A DNA stretch of 64,000 nt. Origin: Escherichia phage BAU.Micro_ELP-22. The stretch lies in sequence record OR699282.2; one strand, written 5' to 3'. Under the pieces are notes generated by a model, which saw only the letters and a program-made list of their open reading frames with translations, did no database searches and had not been told where the DNA came from. A program made the translations under genes and the position numbers. Positions 28,770-38,255 of this stretch are shown here, piece after piece (positions within the stretch are counted from its first letter, which is position 1; each line of letters begins with the position of its first letter).

Positions 28770-29291
28770 ATGTCGAAGAAGGATGCTTCGAAAAAACATT
28801 CAGTACATTTTAGTACTGGTAAAGATAACTGGACAACTCCAAAAGATTTCTTTGAAGAGTTAGATGAGTTATGGGGATTTACGCTTGATGCTGCTTGTGT
28901 TGATGAGACTGCATTATGTGAGAATTATTTTACACCAAATGATGATTCTCTTTCACAGGATTGGGGAAAGAATATAGTTTGGTTGAACCCTCCATATAGT
29001 GATTTGAAAACATGGTTATCTAAAGCAGTAGATGCGTATAATAAAGGAGCAACTGTATTAATTCTTGTACCATCAAGAACGGATACTATAGCCTTTCAGG
29101 ATTATGCTGCGAAAGTTTGTGATTGTATTTGTTTTATTAAGGGAAGGTTACGATTTGGTATCCCAGAAGAACCAGAGAAGAAAACAGATTCAGCACCATT
29201 TCCTTCGTGTCTGATAGTACTGGATAAGTACTTAACCACTGCTAAAATCAATTATCTTAAATCTCTTGGATTGGTGATGAAGAATTTATGA
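28770..29291 (+). CDS. DNA N6-adenine methyltransferase (phage Dam family)
   Basis: WTTPKDFFEELDELWGFTLDAACVDE, catalytic NPPY (VWLNPPYSD), LVPSRTDT and PFPS motifs typical of the phage N6A-MTase family. Confidence 0.8.
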   Translation: MSKKDASKKHSVHFSTGKDNWTTPKDFFEELDELWGFTLDAACVDETALCENYFTPNDDSLSQDWGKNIVWLNPPYSDLKTWLSKAVDAYNKGATVLILVPSRTDTIAFQDYAAKVCDCICFIKGRLRFGIPEEPEKKTDSAPFPSCLIVLDKYLTTAKINYLKSLGLVMKNL

Positions 29292-29821
29292 AAGAAACAT
29301 GCGTATTAACTTTTGGACGTGTTAATCCCGTACATCGTGGACATGGTTTAGTTTTTGAAAAGGCCAAAACATTACAAGAACAGTACAATGCTGATTTAAA
29401 AATATATCTAAGCACCAGTACTGACAATATAAAAAACCCACTCCCACCTGAACTAAAAATGTATTATACAGAGGGATTTTATCCTTCAGTGCAAGAGAAC
29501 ATCTACACAGAAGACAATCTGTTTGATATAATGAGAGAACTGGATGGAAAGTACTTAGATGTTCTTTTCATATGTGGTTCTGACCGTATTGATTCTTTTC
29601 AAAAAACTCTTGACATGTACAATGGTAAGTTGTATAATTTTTGTAGTATAAAAGTAATTCAAGCAGGTATTGACCGTAATGTAAGTCAATATAGCTCAAC
29701 ACAAATGCGTAACTTCGCAAAAAATGAAGATTTTGATAGTTTTCGTGAGTTTTTACCTGGAAATGACGAGAACTTAAAAATACAATTATTTGAAGACGTT
29801 ATAAAATACATGAGGAAATAA
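29288..29821 (+). CDS. nucleotidyltransferase, NMN/NaMN adenylyltransferase-like
   Basis: N-terminal HxGH motif (FGRVNPVHRGHG) and C-terminal SSTxxR-type motif (YSSTQMRNF) of the cytidylyl/adenylyltransferase fold; start overlaps MTase stop. Confidence 0.55.
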   Translation: MKETCVLTFGRVNPVHRGHGLVFEKAKTLQEQYNADLKIYLSTSTDNIKNPLPPELKMYYTEGFYPSVQENIYTEDNLFDIMRELDGKYLDVLFICGSDRIDSFQKTLDMYNGKLYNFCSIKVIQAGIDRNVSQYSSTQMRNFAKNEDFDSFREFLPGNDENLKIQLFEDVIKYMRK

Positions 29822-29823
29822 TT

Positions 29824-30117
29824 ATGTCAGTACTGTTCAAAACCAATCCAGTACTTTGGGATCAAAATGAGCAATCAGGATTTCGTTCCATCCATGTTGA
29901 ATACAAAGGTAATACTGTAGTTGCAATTATTGCTAACAAAACTCTAGGAAACTGGACTGCACAGGTTGTTCCTATGGGATATTCTTACACATCTGATGAG
30001 GTTCAATTCCTGGCTGAACTATATCGTCAAGTGCCGTTTATCATTAATGTACTAGAAGGTAATGATACATTATCACATGCAGATGTGATTAATTTTCTTG
30101 GAAACTTGCATGTGTGA
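29824..30117 (+). CDS. hypothetical protein
   Basis: 97-aa ORF. Confidence 0.5.
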   Translation: MSVLFKTNPVLWDQNEQSGFRSIHVEYKGNTVVAIIANKTLGNWTAQVVPMGYSYTSDEVQFLAELYRQVPFIINVLEGNDTLSHADVINFLGNLHV

Positions 30118-30397
30118 TGAAATAAATCTTACAGGATATTTTTTACAAGAATCAATGATTAAATTTAGTGATAAATTTTCAGTACTGGATGGTATCGAAA
30201 TGTGGCATGTCAAACCACTGTTCCACACTTTCAGTAAAGAGCACAAAATGTTATTGACTGAAGCGAGTAAATCAAATAACATATGTGAAATCAAAATTGG
30301 TGTAAATGTCTATAAAGGGATGGTTATCTTTTTTGACAATAACAGCAACTACTTTTATATTGTTAAGGAGCATTACGTTGACAAATACAAATACTAA
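30098..30397 (+). CDS. hypothetical protein
   Basis: 99-aa ORF. Confidence 0.45.
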   Translation: METCMCDEINLTGYFLQESMIKFSDKFSVLDGIEMWHVKPLFHTFSKEHKMLLTEASKSNNICEIKIGVNVYKGMVIFFDNNSNYFYIVKEHYVDKYKY

Positions 30398-30992
30398 TAC
30401 ATACTTCCGTTATCTTCGCTTAGGTCTTTCCCTACGTCCGATCCGTGGAAAGTGCGATTCACTCGCTGACCTTGACTATGCATATGCATTACATCATGAA
30501 GGTGTACAGTATGTATTGGGTGATTATGGTGAATTTGAAGAAACAAATGACAGTACTGGAATTAATGCTGGTGTAGAAAATCTTAACAACATTGCTAACA
30601 GTTCTCGCCATGACATTGTGTTACAGATTCAAAACTTTATTGAGCAGCACACAGGTAAACGTGTTTGGTGCTATGTCGGTACTGATGCACAAATGTCAAT
30701 TTCATTCGGTAACGATGAAGGATATGTTGCACAGCTTATTATGGATTTTGAATCTGAAGAGAAGTTTTTAGAATTCAAAGAAAAGATTATTCAGTCACTT
30801 GTTGATATGGGTATCCCCGAAGATAAAATGCCAGAAGTTCAAAACATTGATGAATTTGTTTTGATTCCATCTGATGAGAAATATGATGCAATGTTTACTG
30901 CCCTTAATATTCCAGGAGTTATTGTGGAGTACTTTGATGATGGTGATGATAGTATCTATATCGATCTAGATGACGATGACGACGATGAATAA
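30378..30992 (+). CDS. hypothetical acidic protein
   Basis: TTG start 30378 preceded by AAGGAG (7-nt spacing) chosen over track start 30306; poly-acidic C-terminus DLDDDDDDE. Confidence 0.5.
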   Translation: MTNTNTNTYFRYLRLGLSLRPIRGKCDSLADLDYAYALHHEGVQYVLGDYGEFEETNDSTGINAGVENLNNIANSSRHDIVLQIQNFIEQHTGKRVWCYVGTDAQMSISFGNDEGYVAQLIMDFESEEKFLEFKEKIIQSLVDMGIPEDKMPEVQNIDEFVLIPSDEKYDAMFTALNIPGVIVEYFDDGDDSIYIDLDDDDDDE

Positions 30993-30999
30993 TGTACAT

Positions 31000-31026
31000 A
31001 GCCCGACATAAGTTCGGGCTATTTTT
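31000..31026 (+). terminator. rho-independent terminator
   Basis: AGCCCGA-cataagt-TCGGGCT hairpin followed by ATTTTT. Confidence 0.7.
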
Positions 31027-31038
31027 GTAAGGGGATAT

Positions 31039-31314
31039 ATGAATTATAAAGTTCTACAATATACATACAGTGTTTTGTTTGATTTACATCACAATGGAAG
31101 ATATCTCAATACAATACGAGAAAACACATTCACTCATACTATCTGGATTAATCACTTAATAATGATACGTGAATATTTTGTTAATAGTGAGATAATCATT
31201 CGTGGTAAAAAACAGAAGATAGAACAAGTTAATAGTTTTGGTGGTAAATTAGTACTATCATTTATAGATAGTAATACTAATGAAAGATATAGTATAGATT
31301 TGGTGGACATATGA
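31039..31314 (+). CDS. hypothetical protein, small paralog family 2
   Basis: 91-aa ORF; N-term LQYTYSVLFDL pattern shared with the next six genes. Confidence 0.6.
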   Translation: MNYKVLQYTYSVLFDLHHNGRYLNTIRENTFTHTIWINHLIMIREYFVNSEIIIRGKKQKIEQVNSFGGKLVLSFIDSNTNERYSIDLVDI

Positions 31315-31577
31315 ATTATAAAGATTTCCTACTAACATACAAGATTATTCGAGATTTAGCACACGACAATGATAGCCCTAGTCTAGAAGACACATGCACT
31401 GAAATGATTCATACAATTCGTGGTAAGATTAAAAAAAAATTCAGTACTGTTATTATTGGTGATGACCATGCAGAATTTTCTGATATAATCATTAGACGTG
31501 ATGGTAAAGTTGAGGTTCAGTACTACACTGATTTTGGATTTACCAGTATTCCGTTGGAGATATTCCCTTGGGATTAA
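31311..31577 (+). CDS. hypothetical protein, small paralog family 2
   Basis: 88-aa ORF; LLTYKIIRDL N-term. Confidence 0.6.
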   Translation: MNYKDFLLTYKIIRDLAHDNDSPSLEDTCTEMIHTIRGKIKKKFSTVIIGDDHAEFSDIIIRRDGKVEVQYYTDFGFTSIPLEIFPWD

Positions 31578-31879
31578 ATTTAAATGATATACAATTCACT
31601 TATAAGATCCTATATGATTTGTATGATGTATACCTTGTTAGTAACAAAATAGGTTCACATAACCCATACAAAGAACAACCATTTATTGATTTATATATTG
31701 AGTACTTAGATTCAGTAGGTGAATATATAAAAAAGAATTACAGTACTTTTATCGATGGAAATGATAAATTCGATTTCTATGGTGTGCAATCATATAATGG
31801 TATAATCCATGTTCAATTTCAGGAAATAACCGATAGGGGATTTATCGAGATTAAAGTTGTGAAGTTGGTGAATTTATAA
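31568..31879 (+). CDS. hypothetical protein, small paralog family 2
   Basis: TTG start per ORF track; IQFTYKILYDL N-term. Confidence 0.5.
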   Translation: MGLNLNDIQFTYKILYDLYDVYLVSNKIGSHNPYKEQPFIDLYIEYLDSVGEYIKKNYSTFIDGNDKFDFYGVQSYNGIIHVQFQEITDRGFIEIKVVKLVNL

Positions 31880-31889
31880 GAGGTTACAT

Positions 31890-32201
31890 ATGTTATTAAA
31901 TGATATACAATTCACATACAAATTTTTGTATATCCAATACGCTACGGTTGATGCTGGAGAATATCTCTACAGTGAAATCTATCGTTCGGTATGGATAAAG
32001 TTTTTGGATGAATTACATGATTATTACCATGATTTGTGTATAGTTCGTGATAATAAAATATACAAATTCCGCGATATTGTTAGTCATAGCGGTAAGCTAC
32101 GATTGGAATTAAGTACTGATAGTGATGTTGATTGGATTGGTGTAAATTTACTGGAATTGAAGAATGAAAAACAACTTAAAGGAAATACAAGTATTTTATA
32201 A
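31890..32201 (+). CDS. hypothetical protein, small paralog family 2
   Basis: 103-aa ORF; IQFTYKFLY N-term. Confidence 0.6.
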   Translation: MLLNDIQFTYKFLYIQYATVDAGEYLYSEIYRSVWIKFLDELHDYYHDLCIVRDNKIYKFRDIVSHSGKLRLELSTDSDVDWIGVNLLELKNEKQLKGNTSIL

Positions 32202-32448
32202 ATTCTTATACTTATCATATGTAAAAGATGAGTACTATGAAAGTGTGTATTATTTTTTATGGCAACATTACCGTACTATAGTAAGAGATTTATATATAGG
32301 AAAATCTATCATATCCAATGGTGAAAAATGTATCTGTACGGATGTAGTTAGTTTTAATGGTTCTTTAACATTGTGTTTCAGATGCGATAATAATAGTGGA
32401 TCATTTTCATTAAACGTATATCAGTTAGAAGGAATAAATTTTGAATAA
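32164..32448 (+). CDS. hypothetical protein, small paralog family 2
   Basis: 94-aa ORF; IQVFYKFLYL N-term. Confidence 0.55.
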   Translation: MKNNLKEIQVFYKFLYLSYVKDEYYESVYYFLWQHYRTIVRDLYIGKSIISNGEKCICTDVVSFNGSLTLCFRCDNNSGSFSLNVYQLEGINFE

Positions 32449-32641
32449 ATGTCCATATTGTAACAGTACTCAATTAGCTCGTTTCCGTTTAGATTCAGAC
32501 TGGGCGACTGGTGCTGGTGATTTCTTCCCTATTAATGATGATGCAGAATACACCGAAGAACAGCACAAAGATTTTGATAAATCATGGCGACCTGACATTG
32601 AGTGCATTTATTGCCTTAATTGTGAGCGTGTTCATGACTAA
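32441..32641 (+). CDS. small zinc-ribbon protein
   Basis: 66-aa ORF with two CxxC pairs (CPYCNS ... CIYCLNC). Confidence 0.5.
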   Translation: MNKCPYCNSTQLARFRLDSDWATGAGDFFPINDDAEYTEEQHKDFDKSWRPDIECIYCLNCERVHD

Positions 32642-32897
32642 AGCTGAACTAATAGTTCATACATATAAAATGATATCAAGTACTGAGTTATCATATAGTG
32701 CAGATAATCCAGTACTGGATTATTTTGTTGAATTATTGAAAGAGCATTATATTGGTAAATCACTGATTCTTAATAATATTAATTTCACGGTAAAGGATGT
32801 AGCACCTGGAAAAAACGTACTAATAGTATGTGTTACTTCATCTGATAACCCAGTATACCCAATATCAATAATTTTTGAGATATTAGGAGATTTATGA
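32634..32897 (+). CDS. hypothetical protein, small paralog family 2
   Basis: In-frame ATG 32634 (ATGACTAA overlap with upstream stop) preferred over track start 32511. Confidence 0.5.
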   Translation: MTKAELIVHTYKMISSTELSYSADNPVLDYFVELLKEHYIGKSLILNNINFTVKDVAPGKNVLIVCVTSSDNPVYPISIIFEILGDL

Positions 32898-33184
32898 ATA
32901 TCATTTTAATGCAGAAAACATATGCTATATTGGTGAAAGATTATTCCATTACTTTCGATTCACAAGAAAGTGCTCTACATAACCTATACAAAAACGTAAC
33001 ACAAGAATACAGAAATATGTTTTCTGACTTAGTAGTAGGAAGGTATTTCAGTACTAGAAAATACCCAAAACTTCAAATAGTTGATGTTTCTTTTTATTTC
33101 AATGGTCATATTACTATTCATAGTTTAGACCAAGATTCAACAACGTACTTAAACTTTTCATTTGATGAGGTAACATTTTTATGA
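32894..33184 (+). CDS. hypothetical protein, small paralog family 2
   Basis: 96-aa ORF. Confidence 0.55.
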   Translation: MNIILMQKTYAILVKDYSITFDSQESALHNLYKNVTQEYRNMFSDLVVGRYFSTRKYPKLQIVDVSFYFNGHITIHSLDQDSTTYLNFSFDEVTFL

Positions 33185-33357
33185 GAACAGTATTTTTTAT
33201 CTGGAGTCTTTTTTCATTGGCAGTACTGACAGTATGTGGGATTTGTTTCCTTTCATCAATTAATACTTGGTATATCAATTTACTATTTCCATTTGTCGGT
33301 GTTGGTTTAGGGTTTACTTTGCATAGTGTATGTAAGGATTACAATGAGAACAAATGA
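33181..33357 (+). CDS. small membrane protein
   Basis: 58-aa ORF (MRTVFFIWSLFSLAVLTVCGICFL...), two hydrophobic segments; below ORF-track cutoff. Confidence 0.35.
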   Translation: MRTVFFIWSLFSLAVLTVCGICFLSSINTWYINLLFPFVGVGLGFTLHSVCKDYNENK

Positions 33358-33622
33358 AGTACTTATTGCTGAAACAATGAAGATGATTTACAATATCACG
33401 TCAGCACAGAATATGCCCTATCCAACTAAGTCTTTATTGAGGACTGTGTATCTGGGGATAGTACAGGAATACTACAAATCCAAGCACCGAAGCATTATTA
33501 GTGTTTATCGTGATTATGAAAGGATTCGTATTTTATTCTGGAACAAGAATCGAGTACGTTCTGAATGTGACCTAGTGGACTTTAAATTAGAGAATCTTTA
33601 TTGCTATAAACAGGGACAATAG
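33326..33622 (+). CDS. hypothetical protein
   Basis: 98-aa ORF; start may be 33344. Confidence 0.45.
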   Translation: MYVRITMRTNEVLIAETMKMIYNITSAQNMPYPTKSLLRTVYLGIVQEYYKSKHRSIISVYRDYERIRILFWNKNRVRSECDLVDFKLENLYCYKQGQ

Positions 33623-33640
33623 TTTAATTCATGATATAAT
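33613..33640 (+). promoter_or_regulatory. sigma70-like promoter with extended -10
   Basis: GGGACA (33613-33618), 16-nt spacer, TGaTATAAT (-10 hexamer 33635-33640); upstream of the 33681 gene. Confidence 0.5.
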
Positions 33641-33680
33641 AATGGGTAAGGAACAATAATTAACACAAGGAGTGTGTGAA

Positions 33681-34409
33681 ATGCTTGACCGTATCCGTTT
33701 CGCTACAGAGATGGCGAATGAATTAAACATGGCAAATTTCCAAATGTTAACATCAGTAATGGCTGAACATGCATGTGCTTATTCTGTAAGTGGTGTGCAG
33801 TGTGGTCAGGAGAATATGTTAGCAGATGTTTATAGTGAAGTGCAAAGTAAGCAATATAGTGTAAAGACATATAAGGATAAGTTTGTTAGTCTTTATATGA
33901 ACGAAGATATTGCCGAAGACCGTAAATTCACTGATTTTATTATTGAACGCCGAGTATCAGGTGTATCTAATCCTAATGCATCAAGCGAGGAAGTTTTTGC
34001 AGAAGTACTGAAAGATATATACGAAAATGAATTAAAAAGTAAGAATCATTACAATGTACGTGAAACTAACACAGTGCTCTTGGGATATGATGAAGACGAA
34101 GAATACTATTATTTTCGTATGACTGAAGTTCCTTTTGAATACAAATCTCCATATACAACTACAGTGAAAGAATTTACTGAAAAAAGTAAAAACTTCATGA
34201 AGCATGAAGGAAATCGTTGTAGTATAAATGGTTATGACGAAAATGGCATTCACATTTATGAATGGGTTCACCCAAATTGTCAGACATACACTCGTTGCTT
34301 GAAAAAACGTTATAATTTAGAAGAGCATGAATCATTCTATTTTAAAGTTAAGAAGCAAGGTTACACTCGCCCCGCCGATTCTGAATTGATGGGTATGATA
34401 TATTTCTAA
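33681..34409 (+). CDS. hypothetical protein
   Basis: ATG 33681 with AAGGAG RBS (track used GTG 33672); 242 aa, no recognisable motif. Confidence 0.6.
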   Translation: MLDRIRFATEMANELNMANFQMLTSVMAEHACAYSVSGVQCGQENMLADVYSEVQSKQYSVKTYKDKFVSLYMNEDIAEDRKFTDFIIERRVSGVSNPNASSEEVFAEVLKDIYENELKSKNHYNVRETNTVLLGYDEDEEYYYFRMTEVPFEYKSPYTTTVKEFTEKSKNFMKHEGNRCSINGYDENGIHIYEWVHPNCQTYTRCLKKRYNLEEHESFYFKVKKQGYTRPADSELMGMIYF

Positions 34410-34419
34410 GGAAACTTCT

Positions 34420-34701
34420 ATGGATTTTTATCTACACACATGGACATACGAACAATATATTACATTATATCTTGAAATTATTAACACAGAACCTAGGTGT
34501 GGTTGTTGGTTCGCAGATATCATAAAAGAGTATGCTGACGAGTTCGAGTTTGTGTATCTTGGGTCTGATATATTTGTAAAAAGTGTAGGTAAAACCGGAC
34601 GAATCACTGATATAGATTACGACACTGTTAGTGTGAATTTCTATGTTGATTTTCCTGATGCTGGAGTTGATGGTGTATATTGTCTTTATGAAATAATTTA
34701 A
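34420..34701 (+). CDS. hypothetical protein
   Basis: 93-aa ORF. Confidence 0.5.
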   Translation: MDFYLHTWTYEQYITLYLEIINTEPRCGCWFADIIKEYADEFEFVYLGSDIFVKSVGKTGRITDIDYDTVSVNFYVDFPDAGVDGVYCLYEII

Positions 34702-34707
34702 ATTCTT

Positions 34708-34732
34708 AGGCCAGCGTTTGCTGGTCTTTTTT
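34708..34732 (+). terminator. rho-independent terminator
   Basis: GGCCAGC-gttt-GCTGGTC hairpin followed by TTTTTT. Confidence 0.7.
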
Positions 34733-34745
34733 CGCAGGTACAAAG

Positions 34746-35048
34746 ATGTTCAGTATAGATTTAATTAACAGTACTATCAAAATGTTGGCTGATTTGGTGA
34801 GACAATCCAATGGAACTTTATATCCATCAATGTATAAAATGTTTGACCGATACATCAAGGATTGTAACATATCATTATATGGACTTACTGTTGATATAGA
34901 CGATTACTATGGAATTAATACTTCATATAAAACAGGAATTTTAATTGGTATTAATATAAAGATGGGGTATTTCCCTTATTACTGTATAGGATTACCAGAT
35001 AATACTTTGGTAGAATATCCAGCCAGTACTATTAAATTAAGAGGATAA
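34746..35048 (+). CDS. hypothetical protein
   Basis: 100-aa ORF. Confidence 0.5.
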   Translation: MFSIDLINSTIKMLADLVRQSNGTLYPSMYKMFDRYIKDCNISLYGLTVDIDDYYGINTSYKTGILIGINIKMGYFPYYCIGLPDNTLVEYPASTIKLRG

Positions 35049-35055
35049 AACTAAA

Positions 35056-35634
35056 ATGAATGTATTAGAATTAAGTACTAAGCTGATTAGTATGCGTAAT
35101 GAGTGGTACGATTGGTTTTATAATGGTACTGATATGGATTTTTCAAAATATCCATTTATGGAATCAGGATGTGATGCAAGATACCGCTGGTTGAGCAAAG
35201 ATTGTTCTGGTTTACATATTCTAGTTGACGATAGTGGTCAGGGAATTATAAAAGATTTACTTCAAGTTGAACAACTCGTCCATGATAATTGGTGTGATAA
35301 CGATCCATACCTTGGAAATATGATTTATGTAAGTGAAGATGATTGCATATTCGTTATCCAGCGTCATGGTAATTCTATGTTTTATGTAGCAGATAGCAGT
35401 ACTCCAGAAGGTGCAGCAGCCGATGGACTTATGCCTAAGATTGATATATTGGAATTTGGATTACCTGAGCACTTCCAGATTAGTACTTTATACGATATTC
35501 CACCACTTGAGTTCTTTGAAGAATTTAAATTGTACTACAATGATCTTCAAAAATTGAGTACTGATCGACGCATTGAAATAACTGTTAAGTACATGGACGG
35601 AACGAAATTAACTGATACGGGGATAGAATTTTGA
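35056..35634 (+). CDS. hypothetical protein with FQ-like motif
   Basis: 192-aa ORF; motif LPEHFQISTLYDIPPLEFF. Confidence 0.55.
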   Translation: MNVLELSTKLISMRNEWYDWFYNGTDMDFSKYPFMESGCDARYRWLSKDCSGLHILVDDSGQGIIKDLLQVEQLVHDNWCDNDPYLGNMIYVSEDDCIFVIQRHGNSMFYVADSSTPEGAAADGLMPKIDILEFGLPEHFQISTLYDIPPLEFFEEFKLYYNDLQKLSTDRRIEITVKYMDGTKLTDTGIEF

Positions 35635-36320
35635 TTAAAGATTTAGATAGAATTTTATATGTACTAAGGGGTGTAATTACATTACATCCACAAATCAATC
35701 GAATTGAAAGTACATTTCAGTTGGAGTCAAGAGAAACTCCATATTCACATATATCAAATGTAGTTGGTTCACTCAGTACTGAAGACTCGTCTTACGATAT
35801 TTGTGTATGTGAAGTACAACCAAGTTCGGATCTTGGATTTGCTATTTTTGATAAAGATCAAAATCTCATTAGTATGTTTCAGTGCAATAATCCTTTTTGG
35901 AAAACATGCCTGTATCCAGAGTGGGCTATGCTTGATCCAACCAAGAGTACCATTAAAGTTTATGACTCTAAAAATGATGAAGTCGTTATTGATTTGGATG
36001 AGTCAATGTCAGAGGAAGAACACTTTCAGCTAATGATGATGCGTGCTATGCCGGAATACAATGCAATGATTAACACTGTGCAATACATTAAGGATACCAT
36101 GCCAGCGTTGCGTACACATGAGTTTTGTCATCCGGTATTGTATGAACATCTAGATTTAGACTTCAGTACTATTAAATTTAAAGATAGTGTTAAAAAATAT
36201 ATTCAAGAGAATGTTAAATTTGATTTTATTAGTACTATGAACAATAATCCAAAAACTAATTTTAGGCATCAGTACAATGAATCTTTGTCTAATGGACGTG
36301 ATACCAGTTGGTGGAAATAA
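35631..36320 (+). CDS. hypothetical protein with FQ-like motif
   Basis: 229-aa ORF; motif SEEEHFQLMMMRAMPEY. Confidence 0.55.
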   Translation: MIKDLDRILYVLRGVITLHPQINRIESTFQLESRETPYSHISNVVGSLSTEDSSYDICVCEVQPSSDLGFAIFDKDQNLISMFQCNNPFWKTCLYPEWAMLDPTKSTIKVYDSKNDEVVIDLDESMSEEEHFQLMMMRAMPEYNAMINTVQYIKDTMPALRTHEFCHPVLYEHLDLDFSTIKFKDSVKKYIQENVKFDFISTMNNNPKTNFRHQYNESLSNGRDTSWWK

Positions 36321-36321
36321 T

Positions 36322-36585
36322 ATGAATATTCAAGATAGATTACAATTACTGTACACACTTGAACAGGCTGCTTATGATCTTGTTCGAAAAATCTCAGATG
36401 AACTACCTAAAGGAACTAAAGTTCGTGTACGTGAGATGAATTATTTTTCTGGAGTAATTGAAGAACAAGTACTAACAGTGAATAAAGTAACATACTATGA
36501 ATCTGAGTTGTCTATTCAGTGTGAATCTGATGATGGATTAATATCATATTATGGAACTGATGTAGATATAGAGGTAATAAAATGA
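36322..36585 (+). CDS. hypothetical protein, small paralog family 3
   Basis: ATG 36322 preferred over track start 36277; core DELPKGTKVRVREMNYFSGVI. Confidence 0.5.
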   Translation: MNIQDRLQLLYTLEQAAYDLVRKISDELPKGTKVRVREMNYFSGVIEEQVLTVNKVTYYESELSIQCESDDGLISYYGTDVDIEVIK

Positions 36586-37724
36586 CCCTTTTGCAAATAT
36601 ATGAAGATTTAATGCACTTATGTAATACAAACGATGCATTCTTTTATGTGGATCATAAAAGTCCTGCTGGTGGCACGTATCGTGTATTCAGTTATCGTCT
36701 AGCATCATACACTGATTTCATGCAACCAAATGCGTTGGAAACCCGTGGCTCTATGTGGGAAATTGATGAAGAAGGTGAAATGATACGTTGTGCAGCACGT
36801 ACAATGAAAAAGTTCTTCAATGCTTACGAGAATCCTGCTACAATGTTCCCTGCTAACACCACATGCGATGACATTGCGGTAGTGATGCCTAAGTTGGATG
36901 GTTCGATTATCAGTACTTACCGTGATAATGATGGTGAGATTCGTTGTAAATCACATACTGCATTGTATTCTGACCATGCGATTAACAGTACTCGACTTAT
37001 TAACGAGAACCAGAATTTGTATCAGTACATCGACGAAGCGGAACGTTTAGGTTACACAGTTAATATGGAGTATACAAGCCCAGAGTACCGAATTGTATTA
37101 CCATATCAGGTAGAACAACTGTTTGTACTGAACGTTCGTCATCGTGTGAGTGGTGAGTTGCTATGTGGTAAAGCACTACGTGATAAGTTTCCATGTCTTG
37201 CACAGTACAGTACTAATATGACTGGAAAAGATATTCATCACACTTTTCCGGTACGAAATACCTTCCGTGAAAGCGTGGAGGAAGTTCATAAAATGCTTGA
37301 TATTGAGGGTTTTGTGTGCATCCTAAATAATGGGACAATGTGTAAAATAAAGACTGACTGGTACAGTTCATTACATCTTACAAAAGATAGTATTATTATT
37401 GATTCTCATTTATATGAAGCAGTATTAAATGGTTCAAGTGATGATTTAAAACAATTGTTCAGTACTGATGAATATGCTATGCAAAAGATATTAAGAATGG
37501 AACAATTGGTATTTTCGTGCTATAATGCATTACAAGATGAAGTAGAAAGCTTCGTCAAGGAACACAAGCACTTGGAGCGAAAGGAATTCGCAATGAAGGT
37601 TCAGGAGTGTTTAACTAATGAACTGAATCGTCAGGGCTTGGCCTTTGCAATGTATAACAATAAGAAAGTTGATTACAAAGAGACTCTTATAAAATACATG
37701 AAAATTGTACTAAAGGATTTTTAG
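36582..37724 (+). CDS. rnlA: RNA ligase 1
   Basis: 380-aa ORF aligning from memory with T4 RnlA: FFYVDHKSPAGGTYRVFSYRLASY...ALETRGSMWEIDEEGE...KKFFNAYENP and nucleotidyl-transfer lysine motif KLDGS. Confidence 0.85.
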   Translation: MTLLQIYEDLMHLCNTNDAFFYVDHKSPAGGTYRVFSYRLASYTDFMQPNALETRGSMWEIDEEGEMIRCAARTMKKFFNAYENPATMFPANTTCDDIAVVMPKLDGSIISTYRDNDGEIRCKSHTALYSDHAINSTRLINENQNLYQYIDEAERLGYTVNMEYTSPEYRIVLPYQVEQLFVLNVRHRVSGELLCGKALRDKFPCLAQYSTNMTGKDIHHTFPVRNTFRESVEEVHKMLDIEGFVCILNNGTMCKIKTDWYSSLHLTKDSIIIDSHLYEAVLNGSSDDLKQLFSTDEYAMQKILRMEQLVFSCYNALQDEVESFVKEHKHLERKEFAMKVQECLTNELNRQGLAFAMYNNKKVDYKETLIKYMKIVLKDF

Positions 37725-37754
37725 TACTATCTAGCCTAAGCACAAGGAGAAGTG

Positions 37755-38009
37755 ATGGCTAAACCTAAGTATAAAAATGACGGTTCCCTTTCTCCGACTG
37801 AGTTCAGGAAAATACAAGAAGAAATCGATGAATTACAGCACAAACGCTCAATGAAAGGTGTGAAGATAAGTAAGAAACGAATCGAGAATACCTTCGGATG
37901 TAGTAGTACTGAATACAAGAAGAAAAGGAAACCAAAAGGTGTTAAGCCGAGAATACATGATGTAACTCGCTATACATCGAAACGTGAAAATAAATTCGAC
38001 CCACTATAA
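37755..38009 (+). CDS. small basic hypothetical protein
   Basis: ATG 37755 with AAGGAG RBS; lysine/arginine-rich. Confidence 0.5.
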   Translation: MAKPKYKNDGSLSPTEFRKIQEEIDELQHKRSMKGVKISKKRIENTFGCSSTEYKKKRKPKGVKPRIHDVTRYTSKRENKFDPL

Positions 38010-38018
38010 GGAGTTCAT

Positions 38019-38255
38019 ATGAAAGTTGAAGTTCAGCATAGTATTGTTCAGGATATGTCAGTAGTTAAATTTCTTTCCTTGAAAGATTATTTCAGATGTA
38101 TCAAGTTCCTAGAAGAATCTCAATTACAGTGGACCCCATTAAAGTACAGTTCATCCAATGATACTGCTAGTATTCGTTGTGATGAATCTGTACTTGTGAA
38201 AATCTCCAAGCGATTTGGGATTGGGAAATACAATGATAAACAATGCACAAAGTAA
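38019..38255 (+). CDS. hypothetical protein
   Basis: 78-aa ORF. Confidence 0.45.
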   Translation: MKVEVQHSIVQDMSVVKFLSLKDYFRCIKFLEESQLQWTPLKYSSSNDTASIRCDESVLVKISKRFGIGKYNDKQCTK

